DNA of 64,000 nucleotides from Mizuhopecten yessoensis. Lineage: Eukaryota. This document shows, piece after piece, positions 1-13,500 of the stretch; position 1 is the first letter of the stretch; every line of letters begins with the position of its first letter. The notes beneath the pieces are model-generated. The model worked only from the letters and a program-made list of their open reading frames with translations. It did not search any database and was not told where the DNA came from. The position numbers were made by a program, and so were the translations under genes. The stretch is taken from positions 876,107-940,106 of the forward strand of contig NW_018408645.1 in assembly GCF_002113885.1 (NCBI RefSeq). The letters are read 5' to 3'.

Positions 1-79
1 AAACTGCCATGAAAAGCTGAATCAGATAATTGTTTTTGCAAACTATAAAAAAAACCTGCAGCAATGCTTCCATAAATAT

Positions 80-1104
80 AACAAGAGGCCCATGGGCCTA
101 AACGGTCACCTGAGTCTACAGTATTTATTTTTGTTGTTGAAATATGTACCAATTTGAGTAAAAAATAGTATAATGTTAACTTAACTTTGTCAGGACCATG
201 AGCTGATCATTCCTAGACCAATTTTAAGTGAGATCGGCCTATTAGAACTTAGTAGCAAAATAGCGGCCATGGCAGCCAAATNNNNNNNNNNNNNNNNNNN
301 NNNNNNNNNNNNNNNNNNNNNNNNNNNNNNNNNNNNNNNNNNNNNNNNNNNNNNNNNNNNNNNNNNNNNNNNNNNNNNNNNNNNNNNNNNNNNNNNNNNN
401 NNNNNNNNNNNNNNNNNNNNNNNNNNNNNNNNNNNNNNNNNNNNNNNNNNNNNNNNNNNNNNNNNNNNNNNNNNNNNNNNNNNNNNNNNNNNNNNNNNNN
501 NNNNNNNNNNNNNNNNNNNNNNNNNNNNNNNNNNNNNNNNNNNNNNNNNNNNNNNNNNNNNNNNNNNNNNNNNNNNNNNNNNNNNNNNNNNNNNNNNNNN
601 NNNNNNNNNNNNNNNNNNNNNNNNNNNNNNNNNNNNAAAAATAACAACACTTTGTCAGGACCATGAGGCGATCATTCCTACCAACTTTCAGTTCAATCGG
701 TCCAGCAGAACTTGACTTTAAGTTTGAAATAGGTTTTCAAAATGGCGGCCGTGGCGGCCATATTGGATTTCTGATCGACCCGAAAAATAACAACACTTTG
801 TCAGGACCATGAGGCGATCATTCCTACCAACTTTCAGTTCAATCGGTCCAGCAGAACTTGACTTTAAGTTTGAAATAGGTTTTCAAAATGGCGGCCGTGG
901 CGGCCATATTGGATTTCTGATCGACCCGAAAAATAACAACACTTTGTCAGGACCATGAGGCGATCATTCCTACCAACTTTCAGTTCAATCGGCCCAGCAG
1001 AACTTGACTTTAAGTTTGAAATGTAAAATGTTAACGGACGACGGACGACGACGGACGAAAACGGATAGCAATAGGTCACTTGAGCTAAAGCTCAGGTGAC
1101 CTAA
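80..1104 (-). mobile_element. HINE/Helentron-type non-autonomous element with a 146-bp tandem core (contains the N gap)
   Basis: One terminus is aacaagaggcccatgggcc (palindrome) plus subTIR ggtcacctgag. It continues through 146-bp core repeats and a (GACG)n microsatellite to the ggtcacttgagctaaagctcaggtgacc hairpin at the other end. Confidence 0.75.
282..636. other. Assembly gap (N run)
   Basis: 355 consecutive n characters inside a tandem-repeat element. Confidence 1.
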
Positions 1105-1228
1105 CAAAATGTAATTCACATAATAAACCTTTTACAGGGCAATTTCTATGAACACAATAAATAATGCACCACTACAACTAGTCGGGTACTGGAGATAAAG
1201 GGCTTTTTCAAAGACAATTTCTAAACAA

Positions 1229-2794
1229 AACAAGAGGCCCATGGGCCTAAACGGTCACCTGAGTCTACAGTATTTATTTTTGTTGTTGAAATATGTACCA
1301 ATTTGAGTAAAATAGTATAATATTAACTCAACTTTGTCAGGACCATGAGCTGATCATTCCTAGACCAATTTTAAGTGAGATCGGCCTATTAGAACTTAGT
1401 AGCAAAATAGCGGCCATGGCAGCCAAATTGTATTTCTGATTGACCCGAAAAATAACAACACTTTGTCAGGACCATGAGGCGATCATTCCTACCAACTTTC
1501 AGTTCAATCGGTCCAGCAGAACTTGACTTTAAGTTTGAAATAGGTTTTCAAAATGGCGGCCGTGGCGGCCATATTGGATTTCTGATCGACCCGAAAAATA
1601 ACAACACTTTGTCAGGACCATGAGGCGATCATTCCTACCAACTTTCAGTTCAATCGGTCCAGCAGAACTTGACTTTAAGTTTGAAATAGGTTTTCAAAAT
1701 GGCGGCCGTGGCGGCCATATTGGATTTCTGATCGACCCGAAAAATAACAACACTTTGTCAGGACCATGAGGCGATCATTCCTACCAACTTTCAGTTCAAT
1801 CGGTCCAGCAGAACTTGACTTTAAGTTTGAAATAGGTTTTCAAAATGGCGGCCGTGGCGGCCATATTGGATTTCTGATCGACCCGAAAAATAACAACACT
1901 TTGTCAGGACCATGAGGCGATCATTCCTACCAACTTTCAGTTCAATCGGTCCAGCAGAACTTGACTTTAAGTTTGAAATAGGTTTTCAAAATGGCGGCCG
2001 TGGCGGCCATATTGGATTTCTGATCGACCCGAAAAATAACAACACTTTGTCAGGACCATGAGGCGATCATTCCTACCAACTTTCAGTTCAATCGGTCCAG
2101 CAGAACTTGACTTTAAGTTTGAAATAGGTTTTCAAAATGGCGGCCGTGGCGGCCATATTGGATTTCTGATCGACCCGAAAAATAACAACACTTTGTCAGG
2201 ACCATGAGGCGATCATTCCTACCAACTTTCAGTTCAATCGGTCCAGCAGAACTTGACTTTAAGTTTGAAATAGGTTTTCAAAATGGCGGCCGTGGCGGCC
2301 ATATTGGATTTCTGATCGACCCGAAAAATAACAACACTTTGTCAGGACCATGAGGCGATCATTCCTACCAACTTTCAGTTCAATCGGTCCAGCAGAACTT
2401 GACTTTAAGTTTGAAATAGGTTTTCAAAATGGCGGCCGTGGCGGCCATATTGGATTTCTGATCGACCCAAAAAATAACAACACTTTGTCAGGACCATGAG
2501 GCGATCATTCCTACCAACTTTCAGTTCAATCGGTCCAGCAGAACTTGACTTTAAGTTTGAAATAGGTTTTCAAAATGGCGGCCGTGGCGGCCATATTGGA
2601 TTTCTGATCGACCCGAAAAATAACAACACTTTGTCAGGACTATGAGGCGATCATTCCTACCAACTTTCAGTTCAATCGGCCCAGCAGAACTTGACTTTAA
2701 GTTTGAAATTTAAAATGTTAACGGACGACGGACGACGACGGACGAAAACGGATAGCAATAGGTCACTTGAGCTAAAGCTCAGGTGACCTAAAAA
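1229..2794 (-). mobile_element. HINE/Helentron-type element with ~9 x 146-bp nearly identical tandem core
   Basis: Same termini as 80-1104. Core period is 146 bp (e.g. 1447, 1593, 1739). Inserted in an A/T tract. Confidence 0.8.
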
Positions 2795-4516
2795 CCTCAT
2801 GAAAATATCAAAACATTAAAATGCCCGGTGTTCTGCTTGAAATTGTATTTATAGTAAATGTGTTACGTAGTTGTTATGGTTAATGTCTAATAATAGGGAA
2901 CAATAGGATACAATCTGACAACATTTGACTTATATGTACATGTATATACATTAAAAACGGTTTTACACTGCAGTGTGTAATTATGCATAAATCACATTTG
3001 ACAATCACAAGGTACAGTGCATGGCTACTCAAGTCATATATTTCCCTTCAAAAAAGAACAATTAAATGGGCGGAGTGGGCCAGTACTTTCAGGGCTTAAC
3101 CCTTTCACCTCTATGTAACTTAAGTAGACTCTACCATGCATTGATATGGACGAGTCCATTATGGACTACAGTGGTGAAAGGGTGAATCAATGAAGGTATC
3201 AACATATCAGACTGTATCACTGTCTGTTTCTAGCTATATTACACCCTATAGAATACACCACACAGAATAAGGAAGTTCAATACAGCTGTAATGAATTCTT
3301 ATAGGATCTGAAGAGTTAATTGTGAATGATTTGATATTAGGCCTTCAATCTGTTCAGTATTATATTTCAAATTTCAAGGATCAATTTTCTAAAGGTTAAA
3401 AAAGGCAACAGATGCAATACTGTGGTTCTAGATTTATATTGAGTAAACCTGACCTATGTGTGAATATCAAAAAGAAAAATCAACCAAAGAAATATGAACA
3501 GATACATGTAGTATAATATAAAGTTTACTCAACTATTGTAGCATGTACTATCACATTGAATACCTTACCCAAGTAGTTTTGAAGGTTTTATTAATCTAGT
3601 AGTCCTGCGGTTAGAATCTAGTCCATTTAAGAATCTAGTCATTCTTTGAAAAGGACTCGAAGCTCTTACTCAAACCTGAAGTTAGACCGATTGATTTTCC
3701 GGCATTAAAGAACATGTATCAAAGTATGATGAAATACTTTCAAAATGTTCCTTTATTAATGAAGGCTAAATAACATCTGTTCTCTTTGATACATGTGCTG
3801 TGGATGCTGAGAATTCACAAAATACAAAAGCTTAGTAAAAGTCCTGTCTATGAAACATTTTTGTCTAAAGACAATATCAAATCTTCTTAACCCATTGTCT
3901 ATGCTGTATAAAATGTAAAAATTGGATACAGTGGTCTAGGAATACTGTTCAGATTTTATAAGATGGGATTTATAGTAGGCAATTCACCATTGCAGAAGAT
4001 TCGTTTAGAGGTGTATGAAGCGACAGAGCAAACTATGTAGCCGCAGGATTACCAAGTTAATAGTTTAATGGTGTTACCTAAACTCACCTGTGTAAGTTAC
4101 CTAATTTACCTTAACTACAGTCAATGAATTGAAAATTTGCCTGATAGTTTGAAGTGCTGATAATCAGAGTCAATTCAAATTCTGTTGATTCAGACATTAC
4201 CATTTCTGTACACAAATGTGATCAAAGTAACTGCAGTTAAGATTGGTTTACTTATCAACATTTCGCCAAATGTCATGATGATCTCACTTAGGCTGTATTC
4301 AGCAGAACTTTATTTCACTTGGTCAACCATGTTACTAAACAATGAACTGTTTAAAAAGAAATAAACAGAATTTAACGATAAATTGGTCGAAAAATTTGAT
4401 CAGGTAATTTATTAACCATTAATACGCAACTTCATATAAATGACCTAGATCAACAATTTTCCATCATTTGTTAACCGTGCACAATAAATAATCCCAGTTG
4501 TTATCCCCATCTAAGG

Positions 4517-7500
4517 CTACGATTTTTCTACATTGTACGGTTCCAGTAGATTTTCGGAAAATTCTGTTATCTTTGTTGCTCCTCTAACTTCCTCGTCCAG
4601 TAAAGGTAACTTTGTCACGTTGAAGTCCTCGTACAGATCTGCAATCTGAAAAATCGGACACACTTACTCTATATTTCATCAGTATCAGAAGTGAGTATGT
4701 TATATAATGCATATTTTTTTCCTTTTTTTACCTGTTTTTTTCATACCAGTACAATATATATCCCACGTGACATAAACACTATAAACTCGTCTGCTGGATA
4801 ACCGAACTACTCGGTAGTGAAGGGGACGTAAAACCAATCAATCAATCAATCAATCAATCAAACACTATAAACCTGGTCTTCTTTAGGATGTTGAACACAG
4901 TCAGACCATTGTTGGTAATGAAAGAGAACAGACCTAGTGGCCTTATTTCTTTGTAAGGTTTGATAAACACTTCAATTTCAAGTCCTATGTTAATAGTTCT
5001 GCCAATGACTGCCCCTGATAAATCTTACATTTAAAAGCAGAGGAAACAGAAGCTCCTCCTACATGAAACTGCCACGATCTATCAAAATTTATTTTTGTAT
5101 ACAATATTCCATTGGGTCTTAATGCTGTGTTTAATACAAAGATATCATGTGATATTCATATTTTACCTATTTTCACCTGTAATTACCTGGTCTAAATACT
5201 TGGCTTGTATTTTGTGTCTAGACTTGCACATTTTGCACGGTTCTGTCCCCTTCTTTAGAAATAAGAGTTGATTGACCACAACATTGTGAGTGTCTATACC
5301 ATATCGCGTCAATTCTTGTACCAGTCTTTCTGTTTCGTACAGTGACAGGAATTCTGCTATACAAACACACACAAATGTTGTTTCATCCTGGAAAGGAAAG
5401 TAATAACTTTTGTAAAAAAAATGAACAAAAAAAATGAACAAATACAAAATACACAAAAAATTACACAATAACACAAGATTGGATGGTATCACCAGACTTT
5501 AAAGAAGCCATTAGTCCTTGGCTAGGGACTAATAAAATCCATTCTTTCAAGTGACTTTTAAGCCACTTGCTCTGATGAATGTTTGAAGCCATTTGCCCTA
5601 ATGACTTTGAAAAGCCTTGGGAATTAGAAAATATCACCTGCTCTAGTGATTGTTCAAAGCCACTAGTTGCCCTAGTTGTTGTGAAAAGCCATAGTTACTG
5701 ATAAAACCCACTTTCACTGTTGATTGATTAAAGCCACTAGCCCAAGTGATTGTTTAAATCAAACTGCCTGAATAAACCATCAGTACAAACCATAAGATTG
5801 GCTCTGAAGCAAAACATCAAGGCATGTTAAACACATATACATGGTATCATTGAAGCAGGGACACATGAATTAATTAGAACGTAAGATTCTGATAAGATGA
5901 TGAAAGGATGTGTATAGGCATTGATTACTCACTGCGTTTTTGAACTGGGCGTTGACATGTCTGATCGTGGTTAGCATGTCCTGTAGTTTGGTGGACATGT
6001 CGTCTGCGTTCATGTCCTGCATCCCCATCATACCTGCCATCTGTTAAACAAGGGAGACAACCATGACACAATTGTAGGCATAGATTTCTTATTTTAGAAT
6101 GACCAGCATGTTTCCGAGATGTGAAAGGATGTGACAATCAGTCATCTGAATGTTGTCTAACTATAGACTGACGAGTGTCATAAGGAAACCTGACAGAGAA
6201 AGGTTGACAAAAATATACTAAATTGGTCAGAAATACAAAACGTATTTTTTTATATGCATTTTGAATATTTATAAAATAAGATTCCAAATGGATTTATGCT
6301 TTAGTCAGTATACACTCAACCTGTATTAAGAGACCACCCTGCGGAAGTGTTCTATTAACACAGGTGGTCTCTTAATAAAGGTTCAAATACCTCTGGTAAT
6401 AATAAAATCACTACAATAAAGAACATTAGAAGTGGATTCTAAACATAGGTAGCCTCTTAATAGAGGTGGGCACATGTGTACGTTTGACTCTAATATATAT
6501 AACAGATTTTAGTTATGTCCTGTAATATCCAAATGATAAAATAGCTCAAAACCACTTTGTTCTGCATGAAACTGATATTTCTGTCCTTGTCTTATCTGGA
6601 CATATTATCTAATCTAACTATGTCAATAAAGACAGGTTCTGGTGTACAACAAGTTTTATGATCTGTTTCTCACCTGTGATATAAATGGTCCCACTTGGTT
6701 TTTTAGTCGGAGAATCTTGCCGAGTCCCTTCTCTATGACGGAGGGAAACGAGAGAAGGCGCAGTGTGTGACCAGTGGGGGCAGTGTCAAACACCACACAC
6801 GAAAAGTTCATTCCGTTCACCAGTCTAAAAACAGGAGGTTATTTTTATACAGTGTCTAGTCTGATCCAAGATATCCATACCTATTGCATATATTTATCTC
6901 GAAGTTTGATCCAAGATCACATTTCTCCGGCCTCTATGTAAGACGAGTGTAAAAGGATACAGTACGGGTGGTAAGGATGTTAATAAAGTAATTTGGGGTT
7001 TGTTGTATAATATTTACAAACATTCTGAATATGAAGGTCATATGATTACAAGAATACCAGGGTGATACATGTTCTATGGAAGTGATAATAACAGAGAAAA
7101 GAAGTATTCTTTGTTCTGCTATGGGGCTACATGTAAACGCTCATTTAATGTACGTTTATCATATGAAACAAACAAAACAAGAGGCCCATGGGCCTTAACG
7201 GTCACCTGATATATTTATACAGAGAGTTGATTTTGTTTTTAACACGAACAGAAATATTATTCAAAGTGACAAAAAACAATAAAACCACCTTATTCAATAT
7301 CTAGCATGCAGATTTAAGACTGAAAAGTATTTGAAACTAGCACCTCTGATTCTAAACAAGGAAAAAGAAATTTTATTTTAGCACACAGACTCCGTGGGGC
7401 CACACCCTACAGCCCTTTTCAAAGTATCAAACTGTCAACTTAGGGTTATGATTCCAATCAAGTTATCAACATGTAATATTCAAAGTATCATTTGCCATTA

Positions 7501-10500
7501 TAAACCATAACAAAGTTTGCCCCCCTCCTTCCCCAGGGGTAAACGTGAGACCCTAGGGTAATAAGATTCACAATTATGGTAGAGCACCTAAAAACCCTTC
7601 CATCTATGAAGAGTATTTGATTCTACCATATCTGGTCTTGAGAAGAGGATTTTGAAATTTCAGTCAATTAGACCCTTTTTAGCCCCAATCATCAGCCCCT
7701 GGGGGTCAGTCAGGGCTGATATGTGCATACCATCAAACTGCTATCCAATACTGATAATGATAACCCAAATTGAATTACTTCCAATGGCAATTAAACAAAT
7801 GTTAGTCCTAAATGTGATTTCCCTATGTAAACTGTAGTAAAGTTTACCCCCTCCCCAGGGGGAAACGTGAGACCCCAGGGGCATGAAATTCACAATTTTG
7901 GTAAAGCACCTTAAGACCCTTCTATCTATGAAGAGTATTTGATTCTACCATATCTGGGTCTTGAGAAGAAGATTTTTGAAATTTCACTCAATTCGACCCT
8001 TTTTTGCCCCACCCCTTAGGCCCCTGGGGGCTGGGGACCATATAATTCACAATTTTAGTTGACCTTTGGCCATGGTAGGTTTCTGCAAAATTTCATTGAA
8101 ATTGGTTCAGGGGTTTTGGAGAAGAAGTCGAAAATGTAAATTGTTTACGGACGCACGACGGACAAAAGGCGATCGCAAATAGGACCTAAAAAGCCTTTGT
8201 TCTACTTAAATCAAACGATCTCTTATTGCATATACAGAGACTGACTACAGAATAAATAGCTGTCCACATGTACAGGGTATCTGGGGTAGTCTGGTACTAT
8301 ATGTATAGGCATGTACAGGGTATCTGGAGTGGTCTGGTACTACATGTATAGGTATGCACAGGGTATCTGGGGTAGTCTGGTACTACATGTATAGGTATGC
8401 ACAGGGTATCTGGGGAGGTACTACATGTATATGTATGCACAGGGTATCTGGGCTGCTACTACATATATATACACAGGGTATCTGGGGTGGTACTACATGT
8501 ATAAGTATGCACAGGGTATCTGAGCTGGTACTACATGTATAGGCATGCACAGTGTATCTGGGGTGGTTCTACATGTAAAGGTATGCACAGGGTATCTGGT
8601 GTGGTAGTACATGTATAGATATTCACAGTGTATCTGGGGTGGTACTACATATATAAGTATGCACAGGGTATCTGAGCTGGTACTACATGTATAGGCGTGC
8701 ACAGGGTATCTGGGCTGGTACTACATGTAAAGGTATACACAGGGTATCTGGGGTAGTACTACATGTATAAGTATGCACAGGTTATCTGGGGTGGTACTAC
8801 ATGTAAAGCTATGCACAGGGTATCTGGGGTGGGACTACATGTATAAGTATGCACAGGTTATCTGGGGTGGTACTACATGTTTAGGCATGTACAGGGTATC
8901 TGTGGGAGTCTGGTACTATATGTATAGGTATTCACAGGGTATCTGGGGTAGTCTGGTACTCCATGTATAGGTATGCACAGGGTACCTGGGGTAGTCTGGT
9001 ACTACATGTATAGTTATGCACAGGGTATCTGGGGAGGTACTACACGTATATGTATGCACAGGGTATCGGGGCTGCTACTACATATATATACACAGGGTAT
9101 CTGGGGTGGTCCTACATGTATAAGTATGCACAGGGGATCTGGGCTGGTACTACATGTATAGGTATGCACAGGGTATCTGGGGTGGTAGTACATGTATAGA
9201 TATGCACAGGGTATCTGGGGTGGTACTACATGTAAAGGTATGCACAGGGTATCTGGGGTGGTACTACATGTATAAGTATGCACAGGGTATCTGGGCTGGT
9301 ACTACATGTATAGGTATGCACAGGGTATCTGGGCTGGTACTACATGTATAGGCATGCACAGGGTATCTGGGGTGGTAGTACATGTATAGGCATGTACAGG
9401 GTATCTGGGGTAGTCTGGTACTATATGTATAGGTATGTACAGGGTATCTGGGGTGGTCTGGTGGTGGAGTGAACAGCATTCTCGCCTTTCACTGCAACAA
9501 CTTGGTTAGATTCCCTGATTAGACTTAACAAGGTAAAGGGGTCACCTGCCCGTCCATGTAGGTTTTCTCTGACTTATCCGGTTTTCTCTCGCATTAAAAC
9601 CACATGCATACTTTCATCTGGACCAGCAAGAGTGATATAAGTTGATACAATTTGTAAAGCAATTGTTATAAAATATATTAAGTTAAATTTCAGTTTAATG
9701 TACTGGGGTATCTAAGATGATTTTATAAGGTCATTGATTATTATGACAAACGAGACTGTTGAGCTTCAGACTGGATGTATCATCTGATTGTAGTAGCAGA
9801 TCTACATTATATTGAGCAATCTGGTTGAAAATAAACAACAGTATATCTGAATGGGAACTCTTAATTCCTACATCCTTTCCAGTAATTAAAATGAAGCCAT
9901 TTATCATATTTCAATAGATTGATTTTCTTACTTCATGACTTCAGCAAAACTCATAGCTTCATCAATTCCAGGAAAAGCACTCAGGAGTTCCCCAACCATG
10001 GCCTTTCCCATGTGCATAGCATCTGAAACAGTGACGAATAATTAATCTCAATTGAATTTGTAAGTTTATTTTTAAGCTGAAGTTTAGATATTTACCAAAT
10101 TATATGTTGTGAATTGAATAGAATTATAATCTATACAATAGAGATGTTTGACTTTATATCCTGGTTGTCACCAATACAGTCTCTGGGACCATCCTACCTA
10201 CAGATTAAGCTGATCATCACCAATACAGTCCCTGGTACCATCTTACCTACAGATTAAGCTGATTGTCACCAATACAGTCTCTGGGACCATCCTACCTACA
10301 GATTAAGTTTATTGTCGCCAATACAGTCTCTGGGACCATCCTACCTACAGATTAATCTGATCATCACCAATACAGTCCCTGGTACCATCTTACCTACAGA
10401 TTAAGCTGATCGTCACCAATACAGTCTCTGGGACCACCCTACCTACAGATTAAGTTTATTGTCACCAATACAGTCTCTAGGACCACCCTATCTACAGATT

Positions 10501-13500
10501 AAGTTTATTGTCACCAATACAGTCTCTGGGACCACCCTACCTACAGATTAAGTTTATTGTCACCAATACAGTCTCTGGGACCATCCTACCTACAGATTAA
10601 GCTGATCGTCACCAATAGTCTCTGGGACCATCCTACCTACAGATTAAGCTGATCGTCACCAATAGTCTCTGGGACCATCCTTCCTACAGATTAAGCTGAT
10701 CGTCACCAATGCAGTCTCTGGGACCATCCTACCTACAGATTAAGTTCTGAATCGACACCTTCTGACTTGTTTTGTTGACTCCAAAGCATACAGAAAATTA
10801 CAACACCGTATATATCTACCTAATTGGGGTTTTATCTAGCGTTTGTCTTATTTTGTTAGTCTTTTGTAAGTTTATACTAGTGGTTCAACACTACAAAGTC
10901 CAAGGACATTTTAACATTGGGTATTACAAAAAATGTAGGTCGGACTGATGTTTTATTTTTCAAAATAGAGTCTATACTAGGTCATAAAAAGTACACTGCT
11001 GCCTGAGGCTGACAAAGAACCCCAGTCATCAGGATAGAACAACTGATTATATCACACTACTCAATTATTTATCACAGCAATTCAAAGAAAACAAACTTTC
11101 TTCTGATCTATGATTCAAGGGAGATAACCTACTCTGAGAAAATTAATAAAATATTATGTAAATCTTTTGAGATATAATCATCTCCAGAGAAAATCCTTTT
11201 AATGGTGCAATAGAACAAACCTACAGGAAATTCTTGGAAGGAGAACTAATGCCTTTTATGTTAATTTTACACTACTTGAGGTTAATTAATTATGTGTCTG
11301 ACAGACATCAATATATCACACAAAGTACCGTAGTTGTCCCAGCAGGACCACACATTAAGTACATATTCTTTTTTAATCATAAATAGTTGTGTCAGATCAT
11401 TTTTAAATGATATGTTTCTAGATAAATTGTTGTATCTTTCATTTCATGAGAAGAGAGACAATTGTGAAAATATCAATATATTTTAGATGATAGATCCTGA
11501 TGCACTCATTTTATTCATACTTCTTCAACGGAAGAAAAACACCTTGATTTATATGAACAAAACAAGATTCAATATCAAAACAAAATAAAAATAGCAATGG
11601 CAGGCATCAAACAATCTGTAAAATGTTATCTCCCCTTGGATCAATGTTATCTCCCCTTATAAATATCATGAATAGTACCATAAACATTACAGAAAAATAT
11701 GAAAACTGTTATTCATTTATACTATTTTGTTTTAATTAACTTTAAAACATACTGTCCCATAGGGAGAAAAAGGACATGATGTGTCAGTTTCCAAGCTTTA
11801 TACTCCAATAACTCACCTGTTATTTCATATGTTGTTTCACTCAGAAAAGTAAACTGCTTAATTTCCTAATCTTTACATATTAATGACCAAACATTGTACT
11901 ATCTATAGACTGCACTTGCATGCAGAGATCTTTTTCATTTGATGAAGATTTTTCTTTTATTTAAATAGAAATGTACTATCCATTCTCACCGAAGAATATA
12001 TGTACATGTAGCTGCATGTGTCTGGTCTAGTAGATAGTTTAGTTAAACCGGTACCAAGTATGTCTTTTGTTTAATGGAGTGTTGCACTGTGTATGTATGA
12101 TAAAATGTATTGCAATCAAACCTTGCTGCTCAAAATATTCATCAGGGAGCTCGGAGAATCCCAAGTTTGGATCTATTTCCTGAAAGAAATCAAAACATGA
12201 TAAGATACTAAGACTCTTTGATAGTCAAATCCTTTCTATGTCATATTGCATTACATCATATTTAATACGTTGTTTGAAATGAGAACCTTTTAATATCACA
12301 TTCTCTTGCAAGTTTCCCCAACATGTCATACTTTTAAAATACCAAACCTATAACATCAATGATGACTTTATTTTCTTGCCATGGCGCTGCAGATTTTCAC
12401 ACCTCAGATTAGATCAAACAAATGTTGAAGAGGTGCATCCATTGAAATAGCTTTGCTTTGTTATGACAAGGGATAACTGATATGTAGTTTTTCAATACAC
12501 ATTTTAACTTTATACTGAAATTGATCTATTTTCATGGAAAAAAGTGTTCTGCTAATGTCAAATGTCAGTTAACATCATTTTCTGCTTTTTATCACATACC
12601 TGTTGAATCTTGTTTTAGTAATACAAGCAATTTTCAGACCATGAAATACAACGTTCTGTATTGCACATGTGAGTGGAATAAGATCCCACCAGATATCATA
12701 TCCTTCTGTACTACTACTGAATCTTTTAAATCTGCTCTCCTTTCACTGTACCCTCAAAATTAAATTTATGTACATGTATATATTATTTTGGCTTTCTTGG
12801 AATCGACTGAATCTCTTTCTCCCTCATGACATTATCTTCAACTTGTTGAAGTTGGTCATTAGCATTTAGAAGAAGAAGAAGTATTTACCTACTAGCCGGA
12901 ACTACCTTTTATGGGAACCCCCCTTTTATGGTGAAAAAGTTCCTGGTATTTGCAAAAAACATCAAAGTTTAAAAAATCTTTGTATCGATCTCTAACAAAC
13001 ACGGAAGGTATGTGATAAAAGCAAGACCACACACTTGTGTTTTTCTAACGAATCAGAAAGCACTCATTTATTGCACGGACGTTATTGTTAGCTTGTGCGC
13101 GTAGCGCACTCGTGAAAATATATTTGTTTGCGCAATAAACTTGTGCTTTCTGATTCGTTAGAAAAACACAAGTGTGTGGTCTTACATATATATTACATTC
13201 CAATTAATATCATGTTCCTTTTATATCACATTGCACTTTATATCATGTTACCCTCTGACAAATGACACATGATATTAAGAGCTGTACTTTTTTATACATG
13301 TACCAGCAAATTATTTTAAAAAGTGTGATATTGATGACTATAAAGGTATTTTGTATACATATACTTGCAAAACAAACAAACTATTATATTTAAGCTAAAT
13401 GCAGGCAAAAACAACCTACTTTTCATCTTCTTTGAGTCAGTTATTTTATTGATAGAAAGATTTACTGAAATTACTTCTGTTCTTGAATTGAAAGCAATTT

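Noticed and set aside
242-715. ORFs spanning X runs
   Set aside because: Artefacts of the N gap.
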